DNA of 64,000 nt from Thermoguttaceae bacterium. Its GTDB lineage: Bacteria; Planctomycetota; Planctomycetia; Pirellulales; Thermoguttaceae. A program made the translations under genes and the position numbers. Position 1 is the stretch's first letter; each line of letters opens with the position of its first letter. The DNA lies in NCBI GenBank assembly GCA_017447865.1, contig JAFSMO010000059.1, forward strand, positions 44,544-108,543. The letters run 5' to 3'. A model generated the notes under the pieces. The model was not told the DNA's origin. It saw only the letters and a program-made list of their open reading frames with translations, and searched no databases. Of the stretch, positions 1 to 9,234 are shown piece after piece.

Positions 1-413
1 TGGACGTAATTCGTCGTAACAATGTTCCAGAAACTCTGAACGAACGTCCGCAGCCGGGCAGAATCGTACTGGCGCACGGCATTCAAATACCAATCCGTCT
101 CAAAGCGTTTCTGAATGTCGTAAAGGACTTTCGCCCGACTGTACTGGGACTGAAGATTTTTAGAGGCGGGGTAGCGGCGAATGGCGGCGGAGTATTGCTG
201 CAGCACCATCTCCCAATTTCCAGCCTTTTCATACGAAACGCATTCCTCAATGATCGCAGAAACTTCTTCTTCGACGCGTGAATTCCTGTTTTGTAGAATG
301 TCGGCGGGGACTTCAACCGACGGAACCGCAGGGGGGACGACGGGCGCGTCTGGACGATTGTATCCCAAACCCGGCGCGAATCCGAGGAGCAAAGCAGCAA
401 CAAGTGAAAACAT
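1..413 (-). CDS. 5' part of a secreted protein that continues past the window start (possibly an S41-peptidase-like or TPR-like N-terminal region)
   Basis: A reverse-strand ATG at 413..411 opens a stop-free frame running to position 1. My translation is MFSLVAALLLGFAPGLGYNRPDAP...SYEKAGNWEMVLQQYSAAIRRYP...FWNIVTTNYV. The N-terminus is hydrophobic. It is absent from the ORF track because it has no stop in the window. Track ORFs 83..430(-) and 181..417(+) lie in other frames. Confidence 0.55.
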   Translation of the reverse strand, partial: MFSLVAALLLGFAPGLGYNRPDAPVVPPAVPSVEVPADILQNRNSRVEEEVSAIIEECVSYEKAGNWEMVLQQYSAAIRRYPASKNLQSQYSRAKVLYDIQKRFETDWYLNAVRQYDSARLRTFVQSFWNIVTTNYV

Positions 414-700
414 TTAAGCCTCCGTGACAAATCATAATGGTTCTTTCCCTTGGAACCTTCTATTACTGTTATTATAATACATAAAAACAGAAAGTCAAAC
501 CTACTACGACCCCATTTAAAGAAAAATCCGGCACATTTTCTGCACCATCGTTCCGGTTGTAACGATTAAAGGGACTTCGGAAGAAATTTTAATTTATTTT
601 TCCGGATTTTTTCAAAATTTCAGCTAAAGTTTCCCCAAACTTGTAAAATTAGGTAGTCAAAACTCATTGAGCTGTTTTTCATGCCGCAGGGGAAACCTTT

Positions 701-1645
701 ATGAAACACAAAATCATTCTGGACATTGAACCAGGGATCACGGACGTTCTGACTCTTTACTTCGCGCTTTTCGAACCGGCACTGGACGTTCAGGGAATCA
801 CCGTCTGTGGCGGGGGAAATCCACTGCCCGCCTCACTGCGATGCGTCCAGCGGATCCTCGACTCGCTCCAGCCTCCCAAAATGCCCCGTCTGGGCGTGGG
901 GATGGGGACGCTCCCGATGCCGATGGGGGATTGGGAGGCGTTTCATTCCTCCGCCTACTCTTCGGCCATGGAACTTCCGGGAGCCGATTACTTCTCGGTG
1001 CATCCGGCAGGTCAAATCATCGCGGACCTGATTCGGGAGAATCCCCATGAAATTACGCTCGTGACGCTCGGCCCGCTTACGAACGCCGCGAGGGTTTTCG
1101 GGTTTGGAAACGCACTTTCCACCCTGCTCCACCGGCTGATCATCGTCGGCGGAACGGTTTTGGAGCCGGGAAATGCGACGCCAGCCGCGGAGTACAATTT
1201 CTTCCGCTCTCCGACGGCAGCCGCCCAGATTTTCAGGTCCGACGTTCGCAAGACGCTGATCCCGCTGGACGTCACCAACCGGCTGACGCTCGATTACGAT
1301 TTGCTGCGTCGGCTTCCGACCGGAGAATCGACGATGAGCCAGTTTCTTCATCTGACCGTGAACCGCCTGTTCCAGCTCCACCGCGAGCTGCTGGGGATTG
1401 AAGGAATTTTCGTGCCGGGCCTGATCGCGCTTCAGGCGATTCTCCACCCGGAACATTTCATCTCCCGGCCAATGCACGGCGAAGTGGAAATTCACGGGGA
1501 TCAAACCCTCGGAATGACGGTTTTCGACCGTCGGCTTCATCCCAGGAACACGCCAAATCTGGAAGTTCTGACCGACGTTCAAACCGGGCAGATCCAGGCG
1601 GAAATTTATGGATTTCTGGAACGATTAAGTGCTGCGGCGCTTTGA
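701..1645 (+). CDS. Inosine/uridine-preferring nucleoside hydrolase family protein with a degenerate N-terminal Asp motif
   Basis: The 314-aa length and overall pattern fit the IUNH fold (KIILDIEPGITDVLTL..., LVTLGPLTNAA, AEYNF). The canonical DxDxxxDD reads D-I-E-P-G-I-T-D here. Confidence 0.7.
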   Translation: MKHKIILDIEPGITDVLTLYFALFEPALDVQGITVCGGGNPLPASLRCVQRILDSLQPPKMPRLGVGMGTLPMPMGDWEAFHSSAYSSAMELPGADYFSVHPAGQIIADLIRENPHEITLVTLGPLTNAARVFGFGNALSTLLHRLIIVGGTVLEPGNATPAAEYNFFRSPTAAAQIFRSDVRKTLIPLDVTNRLTLDYDLLRRLPTGESTMSQFLHLTVNRLFQLHRELLGIEGIFVPGLIALQAILHPEHFISRPMHGEVEIHGDQTLGMTVFDRRLHPRNTPNLEVLTDVQTGQIQAEIYGFLERLSAAAL

Positions 1646-1732
1646 AGAGGCCCTAACCCCAAAAATTTTTTCGCCGGTACTTGTAAAATTTTCAGAATGT
1701 GCTAAAATACATCGGTCTTGATGAAAGACGCC

Positions 1733-1805
1733 GGGGGTATAGCTCAGTTGGTAGAGCATCGCGTTTGCAACGCGAGGGTCACCGGTTCGAGTCCGATTAC
1801 CTCCA
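1733..1805 (+). tRNA. tRNA-Ala (anticodon UGC)
   Basis: I folded the cloverleaf by hand. The acceptor is GGGGGTA/TACCTCC with the G3:U70 alanine identity pair. The D arm is GCTC-AGTTGGTA-GAGC, the anticodon arm is TCGCG-TTTGCAA-CGCGA, and the T loop is TTCGAGT. There is one C-A mismatch at 50:64. The discriminator is A, and CCA is not encoded. Confidence 0.9.
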
Positions 1806-1816
1806 CTTCAAACCAG

Positions 1817-1843
1817 GCCGAAACGCACGTTTCGGCTTTTTTT
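1817..1843 (+). terminator. Rho-independent terminator after tRNA-Ala
   Basis: The hairpin GCCGAAACG-ca-CGTTTCGGC is followed by TTTTTTT. Confidence 0.8.
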
Positions 1844-1952
1844 GTGAAAATTTCGGGTTTTGAAAAGGTTCCTCCCCAGCCCCCCCTCCTCAAAAACTTT
1901 TTAACTATTATACTAAAGAGGATCCTCTGGTCCTTCAATATTTTATAATATT

Positions 1953-2849
1953 ATGATCCTCCCAGCCGTTTTTTCCATTTGCTGCCTGTTCGCGTTCGTG
2001 CTGGAGCTTTCGCGCCTCCGGTCTCGGACTGCGGGGAAAGTCTTCGCGGAGCTCTGCTTCCTCGGCGCTGCTCTGGCCGCGCTGACGGTCTTCCTCACCC
2101 AGCGGCTTTTGGAGTCGGCCCAGAGTCCTCTTTCCACGCCGAAGGACGCGCTTTTCGTGCTCGTTGCCGTGCTGACGGCGATCTCGCTCGGCCTGATCTC
2201 GACGCACCGGGAGAAAACCTTCGGAATGTTTCTCCTCCCGATGATCCTGATCCTGCTCGGGATCGCGCAGTTTTGCGCCTCCACCACACCCTTCGCCACT
2301 GCGCCCGCTTCCCGTGCGTGGGGGATGGTCCACGGCGTGAGTATGCTGCTGGCGGCCGTTTCGATCTTCTTCGGCTTCCTTTCCGGAATCATGTACTTGC
2401 GTCAGGCGTGGAACCTCAAGCACCCCGGCACCGCGTCCGTGCGCCGCAGCCGGTTTTCGCTTCCGTCGCTGGAGTGGCTGCACGTTGCCAACCGGCACTC
2501 GATGAAACTGGCCGCCACGGCGCTCGCGCTTGGCGTTCTTTCGGGAGTCGTGCTCGACGCGATGAAGGGGGAAACCGTGAATCTGCTCGCGAACTGGATG
2601 ATCCTCGGGACCACTCTGCTTTTGATCTGGTTCGTCTTTTCGCTCCTTCTGGGTTTCTTCTGGAAGCGCGCCAATGCCGGGCCGCAGATCGCCCGACGGA
2701 CGATCCTGAATTTCATCGCGCTCTGCACGCTTTTCGGGCTGGTCATTTTCTCCCAGCACCGGCTGGTGATGGAGTCGCCGACCGAAACGCCCGCCGAATC
2801 GTCCGCTGACGTCCCGTCCCCAACGACTGAAACCGAGGTGCGCCCATGA
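1953..2849 (+). CDS. Polytopic membrane protein, HemX/CcsA-like by position upstream of hemA
   Basis: The 298-aa protein has about 8 hydrophobic segments. Its stop overlaps the hemA start (ATGA at 2846..2849), indicating translational coupling. The family call rests mainly on the hemA-hemX type context, and I did not see a clear WWD motif. Confidence 0.45.
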   Translation: MILPAVFSICCLFAFVLELSRLRSRTAGKVFAELCFLGAALAALTVFLTQRLLESAQSPLSTPKDALFVLVAVLTAISLGLISTHREKTFGMFLLPMILILLGIAQFCASTTPFATAPASRAWGMVHGVSMLLAAVSIFFGFLSGIMYLRQAWNLKHPGTASVRRSRFSLPSLEWLHVANRHSMKLAATALALGVLSGVVLDAMKGETVNLLANWMILGTTLLLIWFVFSLLLGFFWKRANAGPQIARRTILNFIALCTLFGLVIFSQHRLVMESPTETPAESSADVPSPTTETEVRP

Positions 2850-4141
2850 TTTGGATGGCGATTGGCTGCCGCTACCGGGAATGCGCCGTTTCGGTCCGGG
2901 AAAAACTCTCGTTCTCCGAGAGCGAGGTCCGCGACGCGCTGGCCCAGATCCGAAACCGCTGGCCCGAGCTGGAGGTCGTGATCCTTTCCACGTGCAACCG
3001 GGTGGAGATCTACGCCGCTCTGGAACTGCGCTCTGGGTCAGCCTTCCCCGCCGAAGCCGAGGCAGGAATCTCGGCACTCATTCAATTCTGGGCCGACTTC
3101 AAGGGCCTTTCCCCTTCCGAAGTGGAGGCGGCCTGCTTCCACCGCGTCGGGGCCGAGGCGGTCCGCCATTTGTTCATGGTCGCCGCGTCGCTCGACTCGA
3201 TGATCGTCGGTGAGGCGCAGATCGCCGGCCAGGTCCAAACCGCCTACCAGCTCGCGGTCGAATGCGGGTCCGTCGGTCCGCTGCTTCATCTGGCGTTCCA
3301 GCGAGCGGGAAATGTCGCCCGAAAAGTCGCGGCCGAGACGGCGATCCACCAGTACAGGACGAGCGTCCCCAGCGTCGCGGTTTCGTGTTTCGCCCGCCAG
3401 ATTTTCGAGCACTTCGAGAGCAAACACACACTCGTCATCGGGGCCGGCAAAATGGCCGAGGAAACGCTCCTTTACCTGCGTGAAGAAGGCGCACGCACCA
3501 TCACGATCGTCAACCGGAGCCTCGAAAACGCCCGGAAAATGGCCGAGCAGTTCCAGGGGACCGTGCGTCCGTGGGAAGAACTCGACGCGGCCATCATCGA
3601 CGCGGACCTGATCGTTAGCATCACCGGCGCGACGGAGCCGATCGTGACGCTCGAACGTTTCCGCGCCCTGGAAAAGCAGCGTGGTTTCCGCCCGCTTTTC
3701 ATTCTGGACCTTGCGGTCCCGCGCGACTTTGACGGTCGGCTCGCCCAGCTTCAAAACGTTTACCTCTACACGGTGGACGATCTGCAGAGCGTCTGCGATG
3801 CGAATCAGGCGGCACGCGACCGCGATTTCCCCAAGGCGAAAACGCTCGTGGACCTTCAGCTTCAGTCGTTTTTGCTCGACATTCGCCACCGGAAATCCGG
3901 CCCGATCATCACGGAGCTGCGCGAGTTTTCGGACCAGACGAAACGCCTGGAACTGGAGCGGCTTTTCCGCAAAATGCCCGGTCTTTCCGAGGCGGAGCGC
4001 GCCGAGGTCGAGTACTCGTTCGACCGGCTCGTGAATAAACTCCTCCACCCGACGCTTGCGGCGCTTTACGAATCGGGCCAAAACCCCGAAAACCAGCGCG
4101 GCCTGCTTAACGCCGTGAAGAAACTTTTCGGGCTGAAGTGA
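2846..4141 (+). CDS. hemA: Glutamyl-tRNA reductase
   Basis: The hallmark LSTCNRVEIY active-site motif is present, as is the NADPH Rossmann segment LVIGAGKMAE. The length is 431 aa. Confidence 0.95.
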   Translation: MIWMAIGCRYRECAVSVREKLSFSESEVRDALAQIRNRWPELEVVILSTCNRVEIYAALELRSGSAFPAEAEAGISALIQFWADFKGLSPSEVEAACFHRVGAEAVRHLFMVAASLDSMIVGEAQIAGQVQTAYQLAVECGSVGPLLHLAFQRAGNVARKVAAETAIHQYRTSVPSVAVSCFARQIFEHFESKHTLVIGAGKMAEETLLYLREEGARTITIVNRSLENARKMAEQFQGTVRPWEELDAAIIDADLIVSITGATEPIVTLERFRALEKQRGFRPLFILDLAVPRDFDGRLAQLQNVYLYTVDDLQSVCDANQAARDRDFPKAKTLVDLQLQSFLLDIRHRKSGPIITELREFSDQTKRLELERLFRKMPGLSEAERAEVEYSFDRLVNKLLHPTLAALYESGQNPENQRGLLNAVKKLFGLK

Positions 4142-4180
4142 TCCGCCCCTCCCACCCTTTTTCCCCAAAATTTTCGCACC

Positions 4181-4816
4181 ATGACCAACATTCCGACCCT
4201 TCACGTAATGGATCATCCGCTGATCCGGCACAGCATTTCGCTTCTGCGCCGAAAGGAAACGACGACGTTCCAGTTCCGGCAGTTCGTCGCGGTGATTTCG
4301 TTCCTCATCGGCTACGAGGCAACGCGGACTTTCAGCCTGAAAATGACCGAGATCGAAACGCCGCTCCAGAAGATGCAGGCGCCGGTCCTCGCGACGCCGG
4401 TCTGCCTCGTTCCCATCCTTCGCGCCGGGCTGGGCATGGTCAGCGCGCTCCAGCTTCTGCTTCCCTATTCAAGCACCGGCCACATCGGGCTTTGCAGGAA
4501 TGAGGAAACCCTTCAGCCGATGGAGTACCTCTGCAAACTCCCGAAAAACATCAGTGAGCAAATGGTGCTGCTCCTCGATCCCATGCTCGCGACGGGCGGA
4601 AGCGCCATCCATGCCGTGAACCTTTTGAAGAAGCACGGCGTGAAAAAAATCATCATGCTGAACATCATCGGCTCGCCGGAAGGGGCCGAGGCTTTTACGA
4701 AAGCGCATCCGGACGTTGAAGTTTTTCTCGGCTGCATGGACGAGCACCTCAACGACCACGGCTACATTCTGCCGGGCCTTGGCGACGCAGGCGACCGGCT
4801 TTTCGGCACGATGTAA
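4181..4816 (+). CDS. upp: Uracil phosphoribosyltransferase
   Basis: It has the PRPP motif LLDPMLATGGSA and the C-terminal YILPGLGDAGDRLFGT. The length is 211 aa. Confidence 0.95.
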   Translation: MTNIPTLHVMDHPLIRHSISLLRRKETTTFQFRQFVAVISFLIGYEATRTFSLKMTEIETPLQKMQAPVLATPVCLVPILRAGLGMVSALQLLLPYSSTGHIGLCRNEETLQPMEYLCKLPKNISEQMVLLLDPMLATGGSAIHAVNLLKKHGVKKIIMLNIIGSPEGAEAFTKAHPDVEVFLGCMDEHLNDHGYILPGLGDAGDRLFGTM

Positions 4817-4843
4817 AACCAATCCAAGGAGAGAAAACCCACC

Positions 4844-6946
4844 ATGAAAACCATTCCTTTCTTCATTTCCGCTTTCTTCCTGCCGCTCCTTTGGGTCAGT
4901 CTGGCCTTTTCCTGGGAGCCGACCGGCGAGGGGCTCGTTTTCAACGGAAAGACCGCGTACGCTTCCCCCTTTGAGGGCGTGAAAGTCGAGCCGCAGAATT
5001 TCTCCGTCTGCACGTGGGTCAAGATGGAAAAGGAGTGCGAGTCGCAGATTTTCCTTACGCTGGGGAACATTCCGCAGGACTGGACCCTTTACGCCTACAA
5101 AGGGCGCGTCCGTATGCTGGTCCAGTACGACAGGGAAGGGTCGTACACGCACGCCAACGCCGAAATGCCCGAGCTTCACCGCTGGGTGCACATCGCAGGG
5201 ACCTGCGACGGGAAGCAGATCAAACTCTACTACGACGGCAAAAAAGTCGCTCAGGCGCCGCTGAATCGCTCCATGAGCCGTTTCACCGCCGAACGGGTGA
5301 AGCTCGGATCCGCCAATGACTTCGTGCGGAACCTGGTTGGAAGTCTCGAAGACGTGCGGGTTTACGACCGGGCGCTGACCGCCGACGAAATCCGTGATCT
5401 GGCCGACGGGAAAACCGACGCGGAAAGCCTGAAAAACGGCCTGGTGGGTCTTTGGGACTCCGCGCACGTGAAAGACGGCGTGCCCGTGAATCAGGCAAAC
5501 GCCCAAATTCAGACCGTAAAAGCGGACCCCTACGACTCGAACCTCCTGAACCAGAAGGACGACGGATTCCGGAGCATCTGGTACTTCAATCAGGCGATCG
5601 GCGGCGAGTACGTTTACAAATACTCCGGCGGTCTGGGCACCTACCCGGCCAACCACTACCCGTTCAGCGTTTACAGGCCGGAGGTGAACAAAACGTTCTT
5701 CTGCTTCGGCGGCACGGACCACGACGGCAAGACGCTCCTGCATGAGGTTTCGTACTTCGACCACGCCACGGGAAAAGTCGCCCGGCCAACGATCATCCTG
5801 GACAAAAAAACCACCGACGCGCATGATAATCCGGTCATGACCATGGACGACGCCGGCTACATCTGGGTCTTTTCGACGAGCCACGGCACGGGCCGCCCCT
5901 CGTACGTCTCCCGGAGCGCAAACCCCTACGACATTTCGAAGTTCCTGCCCGTTCCCGCGACCAAAATCGAAAATGGCCAGGAGGTCCCGATGACCAATTT
6001 CTCGTACGTGCAGGTTTTCAACGTCCCGAAGAAAGGAATGTTCGTCTTTTTCACCACGTACGACAAACGGGTCCTGAACGATCCGAGCACTCGCGCGCAG
6101 CGGATCCTGAGCTTCATGAAGAGCCCGGACGGAACGCACTGGTCCGAGTGGAAACCGATCGCGGGGATGGCCGTGGGGCACTACCAAAACGCCGCGGTCT
6201 GGCAGAAGGGCGAGACGCTGAAAATGGGCTCCGCGTACAATTACCACCCGTACGACCCGGAGCACGGCCGCGTGGGGCTGAACTACCGCACCAATCTGTA
6301 CTACATGGAAACGCTCGACGAGGGGGCGACCTGGCAGACGATCGACCGCAAACCGCTCGAAACGCCGCAGATCGACCCGCACTCCGCCGCGCTCGTGTAC
6401 GATTACGAGTCGGAAGGAAAGAACGTTTACATCATGGACCTGATTTACGACGAAAACGGCTTCCCGGTCATTTTCTACATCACGAGCAAAGACTGGCGCA
6501 GCGGCCCGGACGGCGACCCCCGCGAGTGGTTCACCTGCGCGTGGAACGGAAGCGACTGGGAGATCCACAAAATCACCGAGTCCGACAATAATTACGACTT
6601 TGGCTCGCTCTACATCGGAAACGACGGCGTGTGGCGCATGATCGGCACCGACGGGACCGGCCCGCAGGCGTACAACACCGGCGGCGAAGTCTCGCTTTGG
6701 GTGAGCCGCGACCATGGAAAGACCTGGACGAAAGAGCGGCAAATGACCGAAAACAGTCCGATCAACCACTGCTACCCGCGCCGGCCGATCGACGCCCACC
6801 CGGACTTTTACGCGTTCTGGGCCGATGGCCACGGCCGCCAGCCGTCCGAGGCCAATCTTTACTTTTCGAATATTCGCGGCGACGTGTTCCGCCTGCCGCG
6901 GGTCATTCCGGAAGGTGAAGAGATGGTTTTGCCCGAAAAGCAGTAA
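4844..6946 (+). CDS. Secreted LamG (concanavalin-like) domain protein fused to a BNR_4-like beta-propeller
   Basis: The signal peptide is MKTIPFFISAFFLPLLWVSLAFS. The LamG-type module ends in SLEDVRVYDRALTADEIRDL. The C-terminal 450 aa resemble BNR-4 repeat proteins (NHYPFSVYRPEVNKTFFCFGGT, YIWVFSTSHG). Confidence 0.6.
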   Translation: MKTIPFFISAFFLPLLWVSLAFSWEPTGEGLVFNGKTAYASPFEGVKVEPQNFSVCTWVKMEKECESQIFLTLGNIPQDWTLYAYKGRVRMLVQYDREGSYTHANAEMPELHRWVHIAGTCDGKQIKLYYDGKKVAQAPLNRSMSRFTAERVKLGSANDFVRNLVGSLEDVRVYDRALTADEIRDLADGKTDAESLKNGLVGLWDSAHVKDGVPVNQANAQIQTVKADPYDSNLLNQKDDGFRSIWYFNQAIGGEYVYKYSGGLGTYPANHYPFSVYRPEVNKTFFCFGGTDHDGKTLLHEVSYFDHATGKVARPTIILDKKTTDAHDNPVMTMDDAGYIWVFSTSHGTGRPSYVSRSANPYDISKFLPVPATKIENGQEVPMTNFSYVQVFNVPKKGMFVFFTTYDKRVLNDPSTRAQRILSFMKSPDGTHWSEWKPIAGMAVGHYQNAAVWQKGETLKMGSAYNYHPYDPEHGRVGLNYRTNLYYMETLDEGATWQTIDRKPLETPQIDPHSAALVYDYESEGKNVYIMDLIYDENGFPVIFYITSKDWRSGPDGDPREWFTCAWNGSDWEIHKITESDNNYDFGSLYIGNDGVWRMIGTDGTGPQAYNTGGEVSLWVSRDHGKTWTKERQMTENSPINHCYPRRPIDAHPDFYAFWADGHGRQPSEANLYFSNIRGDVFRLPRVIPEGEEMVLPEKQ

Positions 6947-7001
6947 TTCCCCCCACCCCGAACAAAACTTCAAACTTGGAACCAAACAGAAAGGAACCCT
7001 C

Positions 7002-9182
7002 ATGAAATCAACTCTCCGATTGGCCGCTTTTTTGGCCGCGGCCGCACTGACGGTTCTGCTTCAGGCGCAGTCCCTCGTCGTTTATGACGCCAACACGCCG
7101 GCAGAAAATCTTCGTTCCCTCGGAAACGCCAAATTCGAGCAGACTCCGGACGGATTGCTCGTCGAAACGCAGGGGTCCGACGCTCAAGGAAAGGAAGTTT
7201 ACCCGGGCGTCGCCGTCGTTGGGAACTGGGACCTCACCGAATTCAATGCCGTGGAAGTCGTCGCGGGGCACCGTGACCACAAATCCATGTTCAACCTGAC
7301 CATTCGCTTGGCCGCAGGCGAAAACAATCTGGGCGGTCAGGGAAACGCCTACATCGCCGACACTGGCGTCAGCACCGAGAAGGGCCTCTGCACCGTGCTG
7401 GTCCCGATCGAGCGGAAACGCTTCCAGACCACCGGCATCCGCCGCACGCCCTGGGACGGCGGTGGAAAATGCTCCACACTTGAAGGAAACAAAATCAACT
7501 CGGTCGGGATCTACATGAACCGCCCGATGCTCGACTGGAAATGGACCGTAAAATCCATCACGCTCAAGAAGGTGGACCGCGGCGAGCTCGTGAAAGAAGT
7601 CAAGGCCGGCGAAGTGAAACCCTTCAAAATGCCGACCCAGGCCGACTACTACGCCTTCTTCGATCCGAAACCGGTTTGGGAAACCATGACCCCGGAAGAA
7701 TTCTTCCCGTTCATCGACGTTTACGGCCAGTTCAAGTACAAAGATTGGCCCGGGAAGATCCACTCGGACGCTGAGCTGCAGACCGCCCGCGAAGCGGAAG
7801 AAAAAGACCTGGCCGCGCACCCCGGCCCCAAAGGCTGGGATGAATTCGGCGGTTGGGCGGACGGTCCGAAGCAGGAAGCCACCGGCCAGTTCTACGTGAA
7901 GAAGATCGACGGCAAATGGTGGATGGTGGACCCGCTCGGAAACCTCTACTGGTCGCACGGCCCGGTCCGCGTCACGTCCTCGAGCGCCGTCACGCCGCTG
8001 GATGGCCGCGAGCACTACTTCGAAAACCTCCCGGACGAAAACTCCGACCTGGGGCTTTTCTACACGACCCACGACGAACTGCTCTGGCCGTACTACACGA
8101 AACGGAACATTCAGAAGACCTACGACTTCTCCTCCGCGAACGCTTTCCGCAAGTACGGCAAAGACTGGCGGAACGTTTACGCTGATCTGGCCCACCGCCG
8201 TCTGCGCAGCTGGGGGATGAACACGATCGCGAACAGTTCGGACGTCGCGATCTGCAAGATGGACCGCACGCCGTACACCGACCGCATCGAACTGAAATCC
8301 CCGTCGATCGCGGCCAGTCACGACGGCTGGTGGCCTTTCCGCGACCCGTTCGACCCGGAATTCCGCGCGAATTTCCACCGTCAGCTCCTGGAACGCAAGG
8401 CCGAGCTGGATGATCCGTGGTGCTTCGGCTTCTTCGTCGATAATGAATTGAGCTGGGGGAACGAAAGCTCGCTGGGTTACTGGACGCTCCAGTCGCCGGC
8501 CAGCCAGTGCGCCAAGATCGAGTTCGTGAAACGTCTCACCGAAAAGTACGGGGAGATCGAAAAGCTGAACGAGGCTTGGGGGACCAGCTACGCCTCCTGG
8601 GACGCGCTGCTTCAGTCCACCGCCAACCCGGGCGCGAAAGCCGTGAAGGACTGCAGGGATTTCGCGTGCGCCATCGTGGAGGAGTACTACAAGAACGTGC
8701 GTGACGAGTTCAAGAAGGTCGCGCCGAACAAACTGTACCTCGGCTGCCGCTTCGCCGGCGGGACGAACGAGACGTTCCTCCGCATCGGTGCGAAGTACTG
8801 CGACGTGCTGAGCTACAACATTTACCGCTACACGGTGGATTCGTTCAAACTTCCGGAAGGGGTCGATAAACCGATCCTGGTCGGCGAGTTCCACTTCGGC
8901 GCTCTGGACCGCGGCGTGTTCCACTGGACGCTCATCGGCGTCAAGGACCAGAAGGAACGCGGCCAGGCGTACTTCAACTACGTGAAATCCGCGCTGGAGC
9001 ATCCGAATTTCATCGGCGTCCACTGGCATCAGTACTCGGAGCAGCCGACGACCGGCCGTTTCGACGGTGAGTGCTTCCAGAACGGCTTCGTTGACGTCTG
9101 CGACACGCCGTACGTTGAGACGATCGAAAAGATCCGCGAGATCGGCTACCAGATGTACGACGTGCGCTGGAACAAGAAGTAA
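7002..9182 (+). CDS. Secreted TIM-barrel glycoside hydrolase (GH42/GH50 agarase-like) with an N-terminal beta-sandwich module
   Basis: The ATG at 7002 gives the signal peptide MKSTLRLAAFLAAAALTVLLQAQS, so the track ORF start at 6825 is an upstream extension. The C-terminal motifs VGEFHFGALDRG and IGVHWHQYSEQPTTGR are typical of this hydrolase clan. The exact GH family is uncertain. Confidence 0.55.
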   Translation: MKSTLRLAAFLAAAALTVLLQAQSLVVYDANTPAENLRSLGNAKFEQTPDGLLVETQGSDAQGKEVYPGVAVVGNWDLTEFNAVEVVAGHRDHKSMFNLTIRLAAGENNLGGQGNAYIADTGVSTEKGLCTVLVPIERKRFQTTGIRRTPWDGGGKCSTLEGNKINSVGIYMNRPMLDWKWTVKSITLKKVDRGELVKEVKAGEVKPFKMPTQADYYAFFDPKPVWETMTPEEFFPFIDVYGQFKYKDWPGKIHSDAELQTAREAEEKDLAAHPGPKGWDEFGGWADGPKQEATGQFYVKKIDGKWWMVDPLGNLYWSHGPVRVTSSSAVTPLDGREHYFENLPDENSDLGLFYTTHDELLWPYYTKRNIQKTYDFSSANAFRKYGKDWRNVYADLAHRRLRSWGMNTIANSSDVAICKMDRTPYTDRIELKSPSIAASHDGWWPFRDPFDPEFRANFHRQLLERKAELDDPWCFGFFVDNELSWGNESSLGYWTLQSPASQCAKIEFVKRLTEKYGEIEKLNEAWGTSYASWDALLQSTANPGAKAVKDCRDFACAIVEEYYKNVRDEFKKVAPNKLYLGCRFAGGTNETFLRIGAKYCDVLSYNIYRYTVDSFKLPEGVDKPILVGEFHFGALDRGVFHWTLIGVKDQKERGQAYFNYVKSALEHPNFIGVHWHQYSEQPTTGRFDGECFQNGFVDVCDTPYVETIEKIREIGYQMYDVRWNKK

Positions 9183-9194
9183 TTGATTGGCGAA

Positions 9195-9234
9195 AGTGGT
9201 CAGGCAGAGGCTTTATGCCTGCTCCTGACCACTT
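9195..9234. terminator. Hairpin between convergent genes (candidate bidirectional terminator)
   Basis: AGTGGTCAGG ... CCTGACCACT forms a 10-bp stem. The 3' arm overlaps the last codons of the minus-strand gene 9213..9707. Confidence 0.45.

Noticed and set aside
1733-1950. Whether tRNA-Ala marks a genomic-island integration site.
   Set aside because: There is no integrase, no direct repeat of the tRNA 3' end and no obvious compositional break next to it. Ordinary heme-biosynthesis genes follow.
1935-4231. Minus-strand ORFs 1935..3077 (380 aa) and 3038..4231 (397 aa).
   Set aside because: They are antisense to the HemX-like gene and hemA. The products are extremely Arg/Gly/Pro-rich, and hemA identity on the plus strand is unambiguous.
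6825-7001. The N-terminal 59-aa extension of the glycoside hydrolase ORF on the track.
   Set aside because: The extension overlaps the end of the upstream gene and is Arg/Pro-rich. The internal ATG at 7002 yields a textbook signal peptide.
4469-7003. An 844-aa minus-strand ORF spanning upp and the LamG/BNR_4 gene.
   Set aside because: It overlaps two well-supported plus-strand genes, including upp with its diagnostic motifs. The product is R/V/G/H-rich with no recognisable features.
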